A stretch of 64,000 bases of DNA from Squalus acanthias (taxonomy: Eukaryota), in NCBI GenBank assembly GCA_030390025.1, contig CM059432.1, positions 83,330,001-83,394,000 of the forward strand, given 5' to 3'. Every line of letters starts with the position of its first letter. The stretch's first letter is position 1. The position numbers were made by a program, and so were the translations under genes. This document shows positions 26,526 through 38,757 of this stretch, piece after piece. The notes beneath the pieces were generated by a model. It saw only the letters and a program-made list of their open reading frames with translations. It was not told where the DNA came from and made no database searches.

Positions 26526-26828
26526 ACCATATGCCAGCATTTGGTTGTCATGCTGTAATTGAAGGCTTCATGACACTAGTTGGCCCTGCTATGTCAACCT
26601 GGTCACATCGCAGCTTTGCCTGTCATTTTTTGTTTTTCACATTTACCCCTTCCCTCCACCTGAATTTTGGGCTGCTCAATTCTGACATGGGGCTAGGCAG
26701 AACTATTCGCCTGTTTAATTTATGCGTTTGCTGCGATTCGATTCTCGGCACCTTGGACCATGGTCTACCTGCTCCCCTCCCCGCAGCTGACCCTTTTGCA
26801 ACTGCCTCCAAGGAATTCATTAAATAAT

Positions 26829-27571
26829 GGCCCGAAAATTAGACCTAATACGCGAGAGTACGCACTGTGTACTCTCGCGTTTTAGGTCTCCAATTGCCGG
26901 TTTCCAGCATGCACTGTGCATGCGCGGGAAACCGGCACTTCGTGAATTCAAAAGGGGGCGGTTCCTAAGTGAACCGCGTGCGCGCTACAGGCTGTGCGCA
27001 CGCAGTGCACTTAGTGCTTTGAACGCGCAGGTAAGCATGGAAGATTTTACACATAAAGAAAGGAGGCGTAAGACCCTCTTTTAACAAGGTAAGTAGTTAA
27101 TTAAGTATTATTTTAAATTTTTTTCAACAGGTTTATCTTTTTTAGAGACTTTAAAGAAAAGTAAGTTTATTTTTATAACTTAAAAAGATTTTAAATTTTT
27201 TCAAAAATTTTATTTTTTGTTTAAAGTGGTTAATTTATTTAACTATACTTATTTTATTAATGTGATGGCTTTTTAAAAAAATTTAATTGAGGTTTAGCTG
27301 TTCTTTTGGGGGGGTATAGTATTCATAGCTTTGACAGCTCTTGCTGTGAAAACTATGAATGAAAGATGGTGTGCTGCCATTGGCTCTAACTGAATCACGT
27401 GATCCCAGAGCTCGCACGAACTAATTGCGTCTCTGGGTCACGCAAGCACTGCACAGCTGCAGCCTTGAAACTAAAGTTCGTGTGGGCCTGGAGGAAAAAG
27501 GTAGGCGCGGAGTGAGATATCGCGGGGAAGCCTTACCCCCGCGTGAACACTCAGTGTTTAATTTCTGGGCC
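26829..27571 (+). mobile_element. Harbinger-type MITE (copy A)
   Basis: TIRs GGCCCGAAAATT / AATTTCTGGGCC, perfect TSD AAT (26826-26828, 27572-27574), internal hairpins, AT-rich core. Confidence 0.88.
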
Positions 27572-27840
27572 AATATGTGTATCTGTTTCCCACCACCCGG
27601 TTTATTCTTTTTCGATGACACAATTCTCGGACTTTTGGCCATGCCTATCCACAATCCTATCCACTTGGTTGGATTACCTTTTTGAAGTCCCTTCCCCGTG
27701 TTGTGGACTGAATGCAATCCAGCAAATCGATTGGTGAGTCAATTGAATCCACCAAATTATTTAAACTACGTGTGACTGACTGAAGAGAATCCAGCAAATC
27801 TATTAAATAATGTGTTGGTGAGTCAATAGATGCCAACAAA

Positions 27841-29690
27841 TTACATAGAATTATTCGGCCCAACCAGTCCATGCCAGCGTTTATGCTCCCCTCGAGCCTC
27901 CTCTCGTCTTTCCTCATCTAACTCTGTTAGCATAACCCTCTATTCCCTTCTCCCTCATATGTTTATCTAGCCTCCTCTTAAATGCATCTATACTATTTGC
28001 CTCAACTACTCCCTGTGATAGTGAGTTCCACATTCTCACCACTCTCTGGGTAAAGAAGTTTCTTCTGAATTCCCTATTGGATTTCTTGGTGACTATCTTA
28101 TATTGATGGCCTCTAGTTATGCTCTTCCCCACAAGTGGAAACATTCTCCCTGTATCTACTCTTTCAAAACCTTTCATAATTTTAAAGACCTCAATTAGGT
28201 CACCCCTCAGCCTTCTTTTTTTAAACGAAAAGAAACCCAGCCTGTTCATGCTTTCCTGATAGGTATACCCTAGCATTTCTGGTATCATCCTTGTAAATCT
28301 TCTCTGCACCCTCGCCAGTGCCTCTATATCCTTTTTATAATATGGTGACCAGAATTGTACCTCCAAGTGTGGTCTAACCAAGGTTCGATACACGTTTAGC
28401 ATATCTTCACTACTTTTCAATTCTATCCCTCTAGAAATAAATCCTAGTGCTTGGTTTGCTTTTTTTATGGCCTTGTTAACCTGTGTCGCTACTTTTAGTG
28501 ATTTGTGCATTGATACTCCGAGATCCCTTTGCTCCTCTACCCCACCCAGACTCACACCCTCCAAGTAATAAGTGGCCTCCCTATTCTTCCTACTAAAATG
28601 TAATACCTCATATTTATCTGTGTTGAATTTCATTTGCCAATTATATGCCCATTCTGCAAGTTTATTAATGTCTTTCTGTAATTTGTTGCAGTCTTCCTCA
28701 GTATTAACTATCCCCCCCAATTTGGTGTCATCCGCAAATTTAGAAATTGTGTTTTTGATTCCAAAGTCTAAATCATTAATATAAATTGTGAACAACAGTG
28801 GTCCCAGCACTGATCCTTGTGGAACACCACTACCCACCTTCTGCCACTGTGAATAGCTACCCTTTACCCCCTACTCTCTGCTTTCTGTCTTGAAGCCAGC
28901 TAGCTATCCACTCTGCTACTTGTCCCCTGACTCGACATTCTCTGACCTTATTCATTAGTCTATTATGTGGTACCTTATCGAAGGCCTTTTGAAAATCTAG
29001 ATAAATTACATCTACTGCATTACCCTTGTCTATTCTCGCTGTTACCGCTTCAAAAAATTCAGTGAGATTGGTCAAGCAAGACTTTCCCTTTTGAAATCCA
29101 TACTGACTATTCATTATTATATTTTTGGCTTCTAGATGTTCTTCTATTTTCTCCTTTAGTAGGGATTGCATTATTTTTCCTACCACCAATGTTAAGCTGA
29201 CTGGTCTATAGTTCCTTGGACATGTTCTATCTCCCTTCTTAAATATAGGTATTCTGTTAGTTATCTGCCAGTCGTCTGGCACTACACCTTTTTCTAATGA
29301 ATTATTAAATATTTAATCCATCTGGACCAGGGATTTTTTCCTCTGAGTTTGATTATTTATTTAATATACCTCCTCTTTTTATTTTAAATGCAGTTATTTC
29401 ATTACTAATCTCATGATCCCATGTCATGTCCACCTGTTCTATCTCCCTGGTAAATACTGAGGCAAAGTAATTATTTAATATTTCTGCCACCTCTATCGTT
29501 GCCTGTGGTATTATCCTGTCCATCCCTTAGTGGCCCTATTCCAATCCCAACCTTCCTTTTTTTTATTGATGTGCCTGTAAAATATTTTACTATTTTGTTT
29601 TATGTTCCTTGATAATTTAATTTCATTGTTCCACTTTGCCTTCCTAATTGTTTTTTTAACTTCTCTCCTAATCTCTTTGTATTTTCCCTT
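27841..29690 (-). mobile_element. CR1 LINE, 5'-truncated RT region
   Basis: ORF 28857-29282 (NYRPVSLT, YLDFQKAFDKVPH) and ORF 27914-28837 (GVPQGSVLGPLLF, FADDTKL, RNFFTQRVV). Confidence 0.92.
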
Positions 29691-29709
29691 TAGAGCTTCT
29701 TAACACATT

Positions 29710-30474
29710 GGGCCAGAAATTCGGCTCTTGTCGGGTGAGTACGCGCTGTGTACTCACCCGTAAGGCCACCTGAAGTGCCGGTTTCATGCATGCACTGCAC
29801 ATGCGCGGGAAACCAGAACTTCCGTTCCCCTGAAGGAAGGGGTTCAGAAGTCGAATGCGTGCGCAGGAGAGGCAGCGTGCACGCAGCGAACTTCATTTTT
29901 TTTTTCAGGCTTCTCCGTGAGGGTAAGTATGGAGAAGTTGCACATTTAAAAAGGAGGTGCAAGGCCTGTTTTTAACAAGGTAAGTGGTTAATTAATTACA
30001 ATTTAAACATTTTTTCAACAGGTTTATCTTTTTTACATAATTTAAAGAAAGGTAAGTTTATTTTTAGCATCATTAAAAAGTTTAATTAATTTTTTCAAAA
30101 ATTAAAATTTTTGTTTAAAGTAGTTAATTTATGTAATTTATAGTTATTTTAAAAATGTGATGGTTTAAAAAAAAATTATTTGAAGTTTTAGAGTGGTTTT
30201 GGGGCCGATCTCTATTCATAGATTTGACAGGTCTTCCTGTCAAATCTATGAATGAAAATTCCCTGCTACGATTGGCTCTCCATGGCCCACGTGATCCCAG
30301 GGGACGCTTCGAACTAACTGCGCCCCTGGGATACGCAAGCACTGTGCGCCGGCAGCTGCAGGAGGCCCAGGAGCTGAAGTCCTCGTGGGCCCGAAGCACA
30401 ACGGCAGGCGCAGTAGGTAAGTACGCGCGCAATGCTTGCACCCGCAGGAAGCCGGAGAGCCGAATTTCTGGCCC
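29710..30474 (+). mobile_element. Harbinger-type MITE (copy B)
   Basis: Perfect 19-bp TIR GGGCCAGAAATTCGGCTCT, perfect TSD ATT (29707-29709, 30475-30477). Confidence 0.92.
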
Positions 30475-31835
30475 ATTATTTGCATTATCAATAAATTCTA
30501 AAACTCAGTGATTATTTTTCCTGTCAAGGAAGTTACATTTGTATGACTTTCTAGATACTCCACAATTACAAAATCTATGGAGAGTGAGTATTTTGGGAGA
30601 GCCAATTCCTTAACAGAAAATACAGTAAGATATATTTCTATTCACATTTGTGCAATACAGGAAGAATGTAATAACTATCAGGTTTAATACATTTGGAAGT
30701 TGTAAAATCATATAAGAGTTTCTATTTTTGTGTAAAACTCTACAAAGTATTTCTTTGTGAAGGCAGAGCAAACATACATAATGCATTGTGTTAAATTTGT
30801 AATGCACTGTAACTTACCCTCTTTTAATAAGGAATGTGTCACGCCAAATTCTGGCCTTCTTATTTGAACAGAATCTGTTTCCTGGTTTCTGATTAATTGA
30901 ATAATGCCTGGCTCAGTGAATGAAGTCCAGTGAAATCCCCCTCAACTAATCATTACATCAATACCCACTAACTTTCCACCACATACAGACTACTCCCTCT
31001 CCAATTTCTCATTTCCCCCATCCAAATTCTTCTTACCCAAAAGGGTCTCACTTTGTTAATCCCCTCTCTACCCGCCCCCCACCCCCCCCCACACACCAGT
31101 AATCACTACTGTGGATGCTGGGTCACTTGAAATTTACAAGACCGAGATTGATAGATTTTTGTTGGGTAAAGATATCAATGGATATAAAACAAAGGTGGGT
31201 AAATGGAGTTGAGGTACAGATCAGCCACAATCTAATAGAATGGTGGAATAGGCTTGAGGGGCTTAATTGGCCTACTCCTGTTCCTACGTTCCTACTTACA
31301 GTACTCCCTTCCACCCCCCCCCACTACTCACAGCACCCCTCTATCCCTTCAGTATCCAGTACTCCACCTCAAATACAATTCCCAAATCCTTTTCTCCACA
31401 ACTGCTTTCTACTCCCATGAAACTGCTCACTACCCGAAAATACATCTCACTTCCCCATCCTCTAAACGACTCCCACACCATTTCCCAAACAACACATTCT
31501 CCCATTTACCATCACGAACACCACATTATTTCTACTTCCTTATAAAACAATACATCTTCTGACTTCCTGTCAGCAACATAACCCTCTTGTTTTATGTATT
31601 CATTTTAATGTTCCATATTAATTTATTTTAACTCACATTCCCCATTTCATAAATCTCTACAGCTATATATAAACCATCCAATCTTTAATTTCATCTTATT
31701 TTTCAATTAACTAAATTAATTTAATTTGAATATTTATATAATTTCTCTCCATCATTTACTCTGCACTCACTTCTTTATTTTAAACCAACATTCCTTTTAT
31801 TCTCAACAACAGCTAGCATATACCAGCACAGTAAT

Positions 31836-32125
31836 GGCTCAAAAGTTGCGGTCGGCGGCGTAGCTATGGAGTATGCCGCCGACCTTCGAAAAGAATACGT
31901 ACTTACCTTGTGTGAGGCCCAGAACGGAGACTTGCTCTTCAGCGCTGCAGAGTTGTGCGCAGCATATTACATCACTAAGGCCAGGAGCGCAGCGTACAGC
32001 CTATGCGTAAGGGAAGACACGCCCACAAAATCTGTCAAAACTAAGCCACGCCCACAGAAACCTCTTTCAGTCTCTTCCATAGAAATTACATTCTATAAAC
32101 TTTTAAAAACATGTATTTTATTGTG
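31836..32125. mobile_element. Truncated MITE end
   Basis: AAT then GGCTCAAAAGTTGCGG (TIR-like), hairpin GGTCGGCGGC...GCCGCCGACC, and ACTTACC. No partner end found. Confidence 0.5.
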
Positions 32126-32935
32126 AAGTGATACCAGAACGGTTAACAATCCTTTCAGATGCACTTAAATGGGCTCCAATGTTTTCCTGCAAGGGCAACT
32201 AACACATTCGACCATTTAATAAGTAGGTTTTAAGAGGACACTGAATGATCTTAAAAAGGTTTACGTGTCACACCAAAGTTCAATGTGAATTAAAGTTTGT
32301 GGCTACATCAAAAGTGCAGTGATTTGTCAGCAGGTCATTTCGCAATCATCCTCACTGTACAACTTCTATTAGATTTTGGAAATAACCCGATACATAATTT
32401 TGCTTTTTTTTCTTCCAAACTCATAGGGGGAAAAATTCAGTTGGTTGCGCCTCCCGTTAGCGCCTTAAGAGGGCGCTAATGGGGCGCAAAGCAACTAGCG
32501 CCCGGGCGCAGCGATGTTTGCGCCGCTTGCGAAATTAACTAGACATTTTGCGGCGGCGCTAAACTTTACTGCCGCGATCTCCTGCGCACGCAGATCTTGA
32601 TGTCATACGAGGGTGTAACGCCCTTGTGGCGCCCCGGAGCGGAAATTGAGTGGCACCCCCATCCTTTCCGCCTGGCGCAACCAACGACCGGAAGACTGGA
32701 ACGCTCCCCAGTCGCTGTGGGGCTGGGGGGCGCTATTTAAAGGGGGCCTCTTCCTGTCTTTCTCTGTGGTTAACATTTTTGCACCACTCGTTCTGAGAGA
32801 GAGAGAGAGATTCGGAGAGAGAGGAAGAGAGACTTCTGCATTGAGTCAACGTTGTGTGAGGTAGTTTTGGCTACTGATCATAACTTTGCAGGTACTTTGG
32901 TTTTTGACCTTCATAACTTTAATTGCCAAGAGACT

Positions 32936-34092
32936 ATGGGGGCTGCACTGATTGGGGGCGTCGTCCTGCGCCACCAGAATTGGAGAACACAGAGATGCAG
33001 AGAGAGAGTGGCAATCATGGCCAGACGGAGGAGGGCCAACAGGCCTCTGTACAGGAGACCTTACCCTCCCAGGGTATATCGCCAACAATTCACATATATT
33101 AATATGTCTGAGGAGCAGTGTTTGCGAAGGCTGCGCTTCAGCAAGGAGGTAGTCACTGAGCTCTGCCACCTGCTGCAGCCAGATCTGCAGCCTCAACTGA
33201 GGTCCAGGACGTCTCTGTCGGTGGCAGTGAAGATCACAGTGGCTCTGAACTTTTATGCCACTGGCTCATTTCAATCAGCTACTGGGGACATCGCCAATAT
33301 CTCCCAGTTTGTGGTGCATTTCTGCATCCGTCAGGTCACAAATGCCCTCTTTAAAAGGAGACGAGAGTACATCTCTTTCCCCATGACCCCAGACAAGCAG
33401 CAAGAACGCGCAATGGGCTTTGCTAGGATAGCGGGCTTCCCCATGGTGCAGGGCGCCATTGACTGCACGCATGTGGCTTTGCGTGCTCTGCATGAGAATG
33501 CCGAGGATTTCCGCAACAGAAAGGGGTTCCATTCCTTAAACGTTCAGTTGGTCTGTGACCACAGACAGCTGATACTCGCTGTCAATGCCCACTATCCTGG
33601 CAGCTGCCACAATGCATTCATCCTGCGCCAGACTACTGTGGCAGAACTTTTCGAGGCACCGCATCAGCCAGTTGGTTGGCTTCTCGGGGACAAGGGATAT
33701 CCACTGAGCACCTGGTTGATGACACCGCTCCGTACGCCCAACACCCCTGCTGAGCTGCGGTACAACGAGAGCCATCAAGCTACCAGGAACATCGTTGAGC
33801 ACACAATCGGCGTGCTGAAGCAACGGTTCCGCTGTCTGGACCATTCTGGAGGAGCCCTGCAGTACTCGCCTGAGCGAGTTTCCCACTTCGTAGTTGTGTG
33901 CTACATGCTGCATAACCTGGCAATCCTCAGGACCCAGCCAATGCCACCAGGCCTTGGAGCACCACCAGAGAGGAGGAGGAGAGGAGAGAAGAGGAGGAGG
34001 ATGATCATCAGCAGCACCAAGGCGGGAGGGAGGCCCACAATGTAGAAACTGGAAGGGCCGTCCGTCAACGGCTGATAGCAAGCCGCTTCTAG
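32936..34092 (+). pseudogene. Harbinger (HARBI1-like DDE) transposase, copy 1
   Basis: GAIDCTH, GDKGY and VEHTIG motifs present. The conserved CHD has become CHN, and a frameshift in the poly-Glu tail (~33970) diverts the ORF to a stop at 34045. The homologous stop is at 34090-34092. Confidence 0.88.
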
Positions 34093-34391
34093 GCCCCTGC
34101 TGAGGAAATGGCTTCTGCCATTGAGAACAACATGAATGAAACCAACCCGCAACCCCTAAGCCGGCCAAGGCAGCAATAATTCCAAAGACCAAACATGTAC
34201 ATTTTGAATACAAAATCTTATTTATTTCACAAACTCTGTGTGTGTCATTTCCTCATGACAAACTAATAGAAAGAAACACAAAAACACAGTCATTAACATA
34301 ACTGGTTCTCATAACCTGGAGATAATGTTCAAAAGTTTGACCACGAACCTCGGCCTTTAATAAAAAAATTACCAACATTTTGTCACACCTC

Positions 34392-36256
34392 CTACTTTTT
34401 GCCCTTCGAGGGTGATCTCCTTCCCTTGCGCACTTCCCCCCTTCCCACCCTACTGCTCCTCCGTAATGGGACCTCAGTGGCTGCAGCAAGGCTGGTGGAA
34501 GGCTGTTGATTGTCAGAACCTGAGACTGCAGATGCCCTTGAAGGACGGCTCGACCAGCTCTGGGCCTGGAGGGCCCGGTTGCAGACTGCACCAACTCTGC
34601 ATGGGCGGCAGCAGTCTGTCCTACAGGTGGTGGCAAGTGCAGTGGAGAAGTGACAGTGGTGGCAGCAGGAATGCTGTCATCTTGAGAGAGGACAGCAACT
34701 CCCTGCTCGACCGACACACTGGCACTCCCACGGGGCAGCACTTCAGCATCCGGAGCAATCTGCTGGAGCACAGATTGCTGGCCTGCTGCGGCGCGGTGAG
34801 AGCCCCGGGAAAATGTGTACGAACCAGCGAGGATGGCAGCAGTCAGTGCTCACGTGGCCTCAATCTGAGTCTGCAGGAGAGCAGTCAGAGATGGGGTCAC
34901 GGCAACCAGTGATTGAATTGCAGCACTAAACATTTGCGTGGCATCCGCCTGTGCTACAGCGAAGTGCTCCACACTCCTTGCCAGTGATTCAATGCATTCG
35001 GGCACCCTTCCCACTACACCCATGAGCTCAGTGTGCATGTCCACTGCCTGGGTGTTCATTTCAGCGATGAGCCACTCCTCCTCTGCGTCCAGTGCAGTAG
35101 GACTCGCTGGCATACTCTCCCTCCGGGGAGAAGGCCCCCGAGCTTCCCTACCCCCATGGCGTTGCTGCAGCCCGCTGGGTCCTGGAGCTTCACCCTCATC
35201 AGACCCTTTCCCCCTGCTCCCCTCCAGGGAAGGCGTGTTCCCAGTGTGGGTATGGGCTTCCTCGGGAGAGGGTGGCGCTGATGCTCCGCCTTCATCTTCC
35301 TCCTCGGCTGCAGCTTCACTCCCACTGGCAGCTTGAGGGCCCGTCTCCTCAGCTGGTGAATCACCATCTGAAAGCAGGGAGGTACAAGAGTGGCTTTAGC
35401 GTGAGGACAGGGGGGCAGTAAGGGAGGAATGAGTGCAGCGATTTAGTAAGTTGGATTGAAAGTGTCAAAGGCTGGTGTTGTGAGGGACAAGTGGAAGGAC
35501 AGAGGACAAAAAGGTGATGACCTTACCATTGCTGTCCAGAACGGGGTCGGCGTCTGCAGTGGCGACGGGACCGATCACCCGACTTTTCACAATCCTGTGG
35601 ACGCTTGCCTCAAGATCACTGAGGGGTTGCAGCTGAGGCCGCCCTCCACCCGTCCGTTGCTGCTGTCTCCTATTATGAGATAGCTTGGCCTGCAAGAAAA
35701 AGGACGGCGTCTGAGTAAATATACAGCCATGGTCTTGCCTGATGTGTCTCCCATAGGTGAGTAGCCCTTACTGTATGCAGCCATGGTCTTGCCTGATGTG
35801 CCTCCCATAGGTGAATAGCCCTTACTGTATGCAGCCATGGTCTTGCCTGATGTGCCTCCCATAGGTGAATACCCCTTATTCTATGCAAAGTGTGGAATGT
35901 GCGCGTGTGTTTCATGAGAGGGTCATAGGTGTTGGATGAGTGTTGTGCATTGGGGTTTTAAGACCCTCTGGCCATAGAGTGAGGTTGAGATGGAGGGATG
36001 GAGAGGTATTGAAAAAAAGCCACTCACCCTGACGATCCGAGTGAGGTCGTTCTCGACATTGTATATGGGTCCTGGGCACCATGCTCCTGGAGGAGACGCT
36101 CTGAGCCACCTCCCTCCACACTCTTCTGTGCTCGCGTGGCAAAGGCCTCCTGCCACTCTCAGGGAAGAGTATAGATCTTCTGCGCTCCACCGCGCCAACC
36201 AGAGCATCCAAGGCCCGCTCGCTGAAGTGCTGAGCTCGTTCTCTCACCCTCTCCAT
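34392..36256 (-). pseudogene. Harbinger Myb/SANT-like DNA-binding partner gene, copy 1 (exons 36256-36028, 35689-35527, 35367-34392)
   Basis: MERVRERAQHFSERALDALV...WREVAQSVSS. An 8-bp deletion relative to copy 2 near 36052 shifts the frame. Further stop and indel in exon 3. GT-AG introns. Confidence 0.85.
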
Positions 36257-36703
36257 AGTCCTTGGCTGGAAGATTTAGGCACAGGTCTTTCCAGGCCGAG
36301 ATTCAAGGCTCCAATGAGCAGGGTGTGGCTGGAGTGCAAGATCGACCCTCCCCATTAAGAACTGTCCGGCGCCAGTGTGTCTGTGTTCCATCGCTAACTG
36401 ACAGCACCTGCGCTGCGCCCGCGCTCTGAGTTAGCGCCTCGCTCCTCAGCCTTTGCGCCTTAAGACAGGTGTGTAGTGCCTGATTTAGCGCTCAAATCAC
36501 CTCCAGGGGCGATAAAAGTCAAGTTTGCAGTCGGAGGCGATAATTAGCGCCAGGCGCCAATCTTTGCGCCCGGCCGATAATTGCGCCCCAAATGGGGCGA
36601 TACTGAATTTCTCCCCCATAATTTATTAGTCTCTATGTATGCAACTTCCTGTTTTTGATACTCAGTAAAGTTCTAACAATGTTTTATATCTCCTACAAAT
36701 CAT

Positions 36704-37403
36704 GGGCCAGCAATTCGGCTCCCTGGCTTCCCGCGGGTGCAAGGATCGCGCGCGCACCTACCTACCGCGCCTGCCGTTGACCCCTGGGCCCGCGGGGGAT
36801 TCCGGTCCTGGGCCTCCTCCAACTGCCGGCGCGCAGTGCTTGTGTATCACAGTGGCGTAGTTAGTGCGATGTGCCCCCTGGGATCACGTGGGCCATGGAG
36901 AGCCAATGGCAGCAGACCATCTTTCATTCATAGATTTGACAGGACTTTTTTTTAAAAACCACATTTTTAAAATAACTATAAATTACATTAATTAACTATT
37001 TTAAACAAAAATTAAAATTTTTGAAAAAATTAATTACACTTTTTAACGGGGCTAAAACTAAACTTACCTTTCTTTAAAGTAATTTAAAAAAATAAATCTG
37101 AAAAAAATGTTTAAATTTTAATAAAATCAACACTTACCTTGTTAAAAGGCCTTGCGCCTCCTTTTTCAATGTGCATCTTCTCCGTGCTTACCCTCACGGA
37201 GGAACCTGTAAAAAACCCGAAGTGCGAGGCGAACGCGCTGGCCCTCCGGCATGCGCGTTCGACCTCTGAACCCCTTCCTTCAGGGGAACGGAAGTGCCGG
37301 TTTCCCGCGCATGCGCAGTGCATGCAAGAAACCGGCACTTTCGTTGGGCCTACGGGTGAGTACGCAGTGTGTACTCACCCGTAGAGACCCGAATTTCTGC
37401 CCC
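36704..37403 (-). mobile_element. Harbinger-type MITE (copy C, inverted relative to A/B)
   Basis: TIRs GGGCCAGCAATTCGG / CCGAATTTCTGCCCC, flanks CAT/AAT. The reverse complement aligns with 29710-30474. Confidence 0.88.
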
Positions 37404-38310
37404 AATGTTGTTGAACTTCAGAAAGAGATTCCCAGCTATATATTCAATGTTAATTTTCAGGATTAAAATATATTATTCATATACTGCCTTAGGATTTCGT
37501 AGACCTTGTTAGGGCTGGAGTCTCCAACCCTTAGAAAGCCAGTGGTGTAAGAGGGGTTGGGTCTGGACTGAGGCTGCGCCAGGGACTCCCAACATCAGGA
37601 TTTCTCATGTCCTGAACACTCAATGGAGCTGACGTGGATCAGCGGTGATAGGGCTACCATGCTGCCAAATGAAGGAAGTGTGCCCAATCTGAGGAATCCA
37701 GACTGGCATCATGAGGTATCAGGCATCTGCCATTATCTCTTCTCAATGCCATTAATGGCAATGATCCTGCCTTTGATTACTATAGATGGGAATTATCATG
37801 CAAATAGGAGTTGCTGCCTAAAATATATAGTGGGAAGAATCGTTTCATGTAGCAGCAGGAGTGGCATTGAAGAGAGATAACCCCCACCCCCCCTCCACCC
37901 AGTCCATTAGCAGGACTCAGGTCAGAACGGGATGAGAGTAGCAGATAGAATGAAGGGAGAATGAGTGGCAAAAGAGCAGGGAAGTGAAGAGCAGGGGCAA
38001 CAGAAGGTGATGAAAGGGCATTGAATGGTAAAGATAGGGATAAATTGCATTTATATTGCACCTTTCATGACTTCAGGACATCATACATGCAATGAAGGAA
38101 GTAATGAAGTGAGAGGGGATGGGAAGGATTAATGGATGGCAATGAAAGAGCAATGAATGGTAATACAGGGAGCAATGAAGGCCAGCAAGGATGGGAGAGG
38201 GAATGGATGGCAAAGAAAGGAGAGACAGAAGGGGTAGAAGCTGGAGTAGCACTTCAGGATGGTGGAGAAGGAGAATTCCAGTATAACCAGTGGAAGAAAG
38301 AAGGAAAGAA

Positions 38311-38757
38311 AAACTTGCATTTATATAGCATCTTCTATGACCTCAGGATGTCCCAAAGCACTTTACAGCAAATGAGGTACTTTTGAAGTGTAGTCACTGT
38401 TGTAATGTAGGAAACGTGGCAGCCAATTTGTGCACAGCAAGGTCCCACAAACATCAATTTGATAATATTTTTTAGTGATGTTGCTTGAGGGATAAATATT
38501 GGCCAGGACACTGGGGATAATTCCCCTGCTCTTCTTAGAAATAATGCCATAGGATCTTTTATTGCCACCTGAGAGGGCAGACAAGGCCTCAGTTTAACGT
38601 CTCACCCTAAAGACGACACCTCCAACAGTGCAGCCCTCCCTCAGTACTCAGTACTGCGCTGGTGTCAGCCTAGATTTTGCATTCAAGTTCCTGGAGTGGG
38701 ACTATGAACCCAGATCCTTCTGACTCAGAGGCAGTAGTGCCACCACTGAACCATGGC
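38311..38757 (-). mobile_element. tRNA-derived DeuSINE (SacSINE1-like) with L2 tail
   Basis: Minus strand: A-box TGGTTCAGTGG, B-box-like GGTTCATAGTCCC, then Deu-domain-like GAGACGTTAAACTGAGGCC...CTCTCAGGTGGCAATAAAAGATCCTATGGCA...AGAAGAGCAGGGGAATTATCCCCAGTGTCCTGGCCAATATTTATCCCTCAA. Confidence 0.8.

Larger units (their letters stand above)
32426..36617 (+). mobile_element. Full-length PIF/Harbinger DNA transposon, copy 1 (both genes damaged)
   Basis: TIRs GGGGGAAAAATTCAG / CTGAATTTCTCCCCC, TSD ATA (32423-32425, 36618-36620), convergent transposase and Myb/SANT genes. Confidence 0.95.

Noticed and set aside
27706..27842. Two imperfect direct repeats each containing TGAGTCA (AP-1-like)
   Set aside because: Only two degenerate copies between TEs, which is insufficient to call an enhancer.
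32852..34045. Domesticated host gene HARBI1
   Set aside because: Flanked by TIRs and TSDs, multicopy within the window and paired with a Myb/SANT gene, so it is a transposon copy rather than the host gene.
29710..37403. Composite transposon bounded by inverted MITEs B and C around Harbinger 1
   Set aside because: MITE B has its own perfect ATT TSD and the outer flanks (ATT vs AAT) differ, indicating independent insertions.
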